DNA from: Eledone cirrhosa
Lineage: Eukaryota
DNA length: 64,000 nt
Assembly (NCBI GenBank): GCA_964016885.1
Contig: OZ024765.1
Span: 17,112,001 to 17,176,000 of the forward strand
Direction of reading: 5' to 3'
Part shown: piece by piece, positions 57,183 through 64,000 of the stretch
How the letters are laid out: each line of letters begins with the position of its first letter
How positions within the stretch are numbered: position 1 is the first letter of the stretch
Translations under genes and position numbers: made by a program
The notes under the pieces: generated by a model
The model's input: the letters and a program-made list of their open reading frames with translations, nothing else
Database searches by the model: none
Told to the model about the DNA's origin: nothing

Positions 57183-57380
57183 TCCAGTTGACATTGCACT
57201 CAGTGCTCCTTTGGGAGCCCCTACATGGACACACTAGAAGAGGAAGACCAAGGTTAACGTATGTTGATGCCCTAAGGACAGACACTGGTCTGTTGGAGAC
57301 GCAGGACATGGCAGCGATAATGAGGGACAGAGACCGCTGGAGAGAACTCATCCATGGATGTCGGGAATTTTACCCGCCTT

Positions 57381-57382
<2 letters not shown>
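57183..57382 (+). pseudogene. 3' end fragment of the same RTE LINE as 9517
   Basis: [62 protein letters not shown], then (TA)n. Confidence 0.85.
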
Positions 57383-57437
<55 letters not shown>

Positions 57438-57522
57438 CATATATATATATATATATACATACATATATATATATACATACATATATATATATATATATAC
57501 ATACATATATATATATACATAC

Positions 57523-57554
<32 letters not shown>

Positions 57555-58134
57555 ATATACATACATACATACATATATATATATATAGATACACATACAT
57601 ACATATATATATACATATATAGATACACATACATACATATATATATACATATATAGATACACATACATACATATATATATATACATACATACATATATAT
57701 ATACATACATACATATATATATACATACATACATATATATATACATACATATATATATATATACATACATATATATATATATACATACATATATATATAT
57801 ATACATACATATATACATACATATATATATATACACATATATATATATATATACACACACATACATATATATATACACACACATACATATATATATACAC
57901 ACACATACATATATATATACACACACATACATATATATATACACACACATACATATATATATACACACACATACATATATATATACACACACATACATAT
58001 ATATATACACACACATACATATATATATACACACACATACATATATATATACACACACATACATATATATATACACACACATACATATATATATACACAC
58101 ACATATATATATACACACACATACATATATATAT

Positions 58135-58171
<37 letters not shown>

Positions 58172-59330
58172 AATATATTCTACTACTGATGAACTACATA
58201 ATTCTGCTTTAAAAATTATAAACCTAATTAATATACACTTTTGAAATTAATATATAAACTATTTTTAATTTAGTTAACCTATAATTAATATTCTACTACT
58301 GATGAACTACATAATTTTGCTTTCCTTCTTACAAATATCATTTCCTAAAACTAATACCATTAAGTAAACATATATAATGCTTTAACTTCAGGTTATGACT
58401 ATGTTCCTTGAAAACTATATATATTTACTATTTCTCACTAGTAAATTTAATCCCCCCCCCAATAATTATATGTATATATAAGTGTATATGTGTGTGTATA
58501 TGTATGTGTATGTATGTATATATGCATGTATATATCTATGTATATATATATATATATATATGTGTATGTATATGTATATGTATGTGTGTATGTGTATATA
58601 TATGTATATATATAAGTGTATATATATATATATATGAGTGTATGTGTATATATATGTATATATATATATATATATGTATGAGTATATATATATATATTAT
58701 TTTTATATTCTTTTAATTTCCCCTTATCTTTAACAACACTTTTCAACTGCATCTAACTCTTATTTATCATATCTATATGTATTAGTATAATTTTATCAAT
58801 ATAAATATACCCATCAATTAAATTAATTTATATTCTTTTCATAGATGTATTTTTTTCACTAACATTCTTATCTTAAAACTTGAGTCACCTTAGATATTTG
58901 TATTGGCATTACTATTTTATAACAACAACTGCTTGTATACCTTTTACTGACCACCTGTCCTATTTTCACCCCTAAAATAAGCTTCAATTACTATTTTACC
59001 ATTTGGCCAATTATTAACTTTCTATTGGTTAATTCTAAACCTCTTACCAAACAGACAGAATATATTAGATCTTTGTTGGTTTTATTCAATGGAAAAATAA
59101 AATTATTTCTGAGGTCAGCATAAGACCTATTTCTTCCCTAAAATAATCCTTCATTCATAATATTCATTTCCATCCAAAACTGAAATCTACCTTCCTCTAC
59201 CCATAATTTAAGGTTCTTCTACAACTATATTACTATCCTGACCCTCACTATCTCTCAATTGGTCAATTCAAAACCTGTTCCCAAACAGACCTATTGTATT
59301 GAATCTTTGTTTTTTTCAATAAACAAGTAT

Positions 59331-59470
59331 CATTATTTCTGAAGACAGCATATATATGTGTAGGTATGTATATTCCCTCTGATAGTTTGTATAAATATTG
59401 TACATAGATCTATAGAATATGCATACCAGCTCTAACACTAATATATCCTAGAAACGATCGTAAAATGATG
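59331..59470 (+). ncRNA. Atypical type I hammerhead with a ~105-nt stem II domain
   Basis: CAUUAUUU-CUGAAGA-cagc...GGUAUGUAUAUUC.../...GAAUAUGCAUACC...ccua-GAAA-CGAUCG-UA^AAAUGAUG. 8-bp stem I, palindromic ACGAUCGU. Confidence 0.7.
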
Positions 59471-59586
59471 AATTGTTTTAATATAAGGAACTGTTTCTTT
59501 GTTTATTCATTATTTTATTAATTTATATACATACATATATATATATATATACATACATACATATATATATATATATACATACATAC

Positions 59587-59624
<38 letters not shown>

Positions 59625-59644
59625 ATACATATATATATACATAC

Positions 59645-59723
<79 letters not shown>

Positions 59724-59800
59724 CGTGTATATATATACATACATATATATATATATACATACATATATACATACATATATATATATACATACATATATAT

Positions 59801-60201
59801 ATGGTGCCTGCCAACTCGTTTTCGAGTACGGCCACTACTTTATATCCATGTAGGAGAACCCCTACCCATGCGCTGAACGAGTGTGACTTTTTAGTCCAGC
59901 CAGCGACTTGAAAACTCTGGTACAAACACTACACTTGTGACAATTATTGACACATAGTGGTGGGCCCATGGTACCATGTGACGGCAAGTGCAGAGAGATC
60001 TCCAGATATAAAGCAATGCCTGTGCCGTGAAGCTTTTATAGTGAGCAAAGGCACTGCACAAAGCCAGTCCCACTCTCTTAACCAAGATGATATTTACCAA
60101 AAAGAAGAACAAGTCAACATCATTGGATACCATCAAGGTTGCAGGTGTTATATCAGAGTTTTCCTTCTCCTAGAATTCTGCCTTGACAAAGGCTAAGGGG
60201 T
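59801..60201 (-). mobile_element. 5'-truncated copy of the RTE-related retroposon
   Basis: Similar to 373-771. Confidence 0.75.
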
Positions 60202-60394
60202 ATATATATATAAATACATACATACATACATCTATATATACATACATATATACATACATACATACATACATATATACATACATACATACATACATATATA
60301 CATACATAATTACTATTCTTTTACAACCTTGCCACCAGGAAGGTGGCCGATCAAAAAAAAAAATACTCGAAATTAAGAGAAAGAGATAAAATAT

Positions 60395-60427
<33 letters not shown>

Positions 60428-60434
60428 CATATAC

Positions 60435-60467
<33 letters not shown>

Positions 60468-61661
60468 CATACATACATATATATATACATACATATATAC
60501 ATAAATATATATGCATACATATATATATATACATACATATATACATACATACATATATACATAAATATATATGCATACATATATATATATACATACATAT
60601 ATACATAATAAAAAAAGCATACATATATATATAGATACATATATATACACACACATATACATAAATATATATGCATACATATATATAGAGATACATATAG
60701 ATACACACATATACATATGCATACATATATATATACATACATATATATACACACATATACATATGCATACATATATATATACATACATACACATATATAT
60801 ATATACATACATATATATATATACATACATATATATATATACATACATATATATATACACACATATATACACATATATATATATACATACATATATACAC
60901 ATAGATATATATATATACATACATATATACACATAGATATATATATATACATACATATATACACATAGATATATATATATATATACATACATATATACAC
61001 ACGCATATAGATACATAAATATATATGCATACATACATATATACACATATATATCTGCATACATACATACATATATACACACGCATATAGATACATAAAT
61101 ATATATGCATACATACATATATACACATATATATATGCATACATACATATATACACATATATATATATACATACATATATATATATATATACACATGTAC
61201 ACATATATATATATATGTATATATAAATATATATATTCCACCATCACAATTGAAGCCAACACCAATACACGCCCCAACACCACCAGCACCACCACCATCA
61301 CAACCACTTCCACCATAACACCACCAACACCATCACCACAACTACCCCCCCCCCCCCTCCACCAATATTCTAATTGGGTGCCGGCCCTAATTTCGATATC
61401 ATTATTAATTTATCTTGGAATTTTATCAGTATCACCATGGTCACCACACTTATTCGGCCCTGGTTACCAAGGTTACAATTCTAAAACAAAAAAAGCAGAC
61501 GTCATATTTGTAATTTTCTTTAGAACTATTTTAATTTATTTAATTAGCTAAAAACACCTGTAAACCCCCAAACACATCAACAAACATGGATATGTGTTTA
61601 TATATATAATATAAGTTGAAACAATGTAATGAAAAATCAAGTTATCAGAGATATACTTCAC

Positions 61662-61797
61662 TGCTTTACGATCGTTTCTAGGTGATGATAATACATTGTA
61701 GCTATAGTCCGTTATTGATCTATGTAAGGTTAGTTACAACATATCAGATAAAGAGAATATTTACTTACATGCGTATCACCAGCTGTTTTCAAAAGCA
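61662..61797 (-). ncRNA. Degenerate long-stem-II hammerhead (relative of 59331)
   Basis: UGCUU-UUGAAAA-cagcuGGUGAU...AUCACCua-GAAA-CGAUCG-UA^AAGCA; core mutated. Confidence 0.5.

Positions 61798-64000
<2,203 letters not shown>

Noticed and set aside
58187-58320. Two CTGATGA motifs
   Set aside because: No stem II or correctly placed GAAA/NUH; part of a short local duplication.

Overview
This is a eukaryotic, very AT-rich, microsatellite-saturated window. The (TA)n/(TACA)n tracts and the tRNA-derived SINEs look like an octopus/coleoid cephalopod genome (inference from repeat style). No host protein-coding gene is recognisable, and most ORFs in the track are microsatellite artefacts. The main coding feature is a tandem, minus-strand Penelope-like retroelement (RT plus C-terminal GIY-YIG, 22933-30268, cut by an assembly gap) with pseudo-LTRs. 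The most striking signal is non-coding. By eye I find about 20 type I hammerhead ribozyme (HHR) motifs, plus several half or degenerate ones, in at least 7 distinct sequence families. Nine lie in a near-identical 422-bp tandem array that is inverted on itself into a 3.7-kb palindrome (18706-22449) next to the Penelope element, a candidate retrozyme/circRNA array. Two lie in the Penelope pLTRs. Most of the rest lie in 150-400 bp elements inserted into (TA)n, and many of these fold back at or inside the ribozyme. Also present: RTE and CR1/L2 LINE fragments, a 5'-truncated RTE-related short retroposon (4 copies), a hAT MITE with an 8-bp TSD nested in a SINE, a 3.7-kb 47-bp satellite grown inside a SINE, and several minisatellites. 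All RNA structures were folded by hand and need computational and biochemical confirmation.
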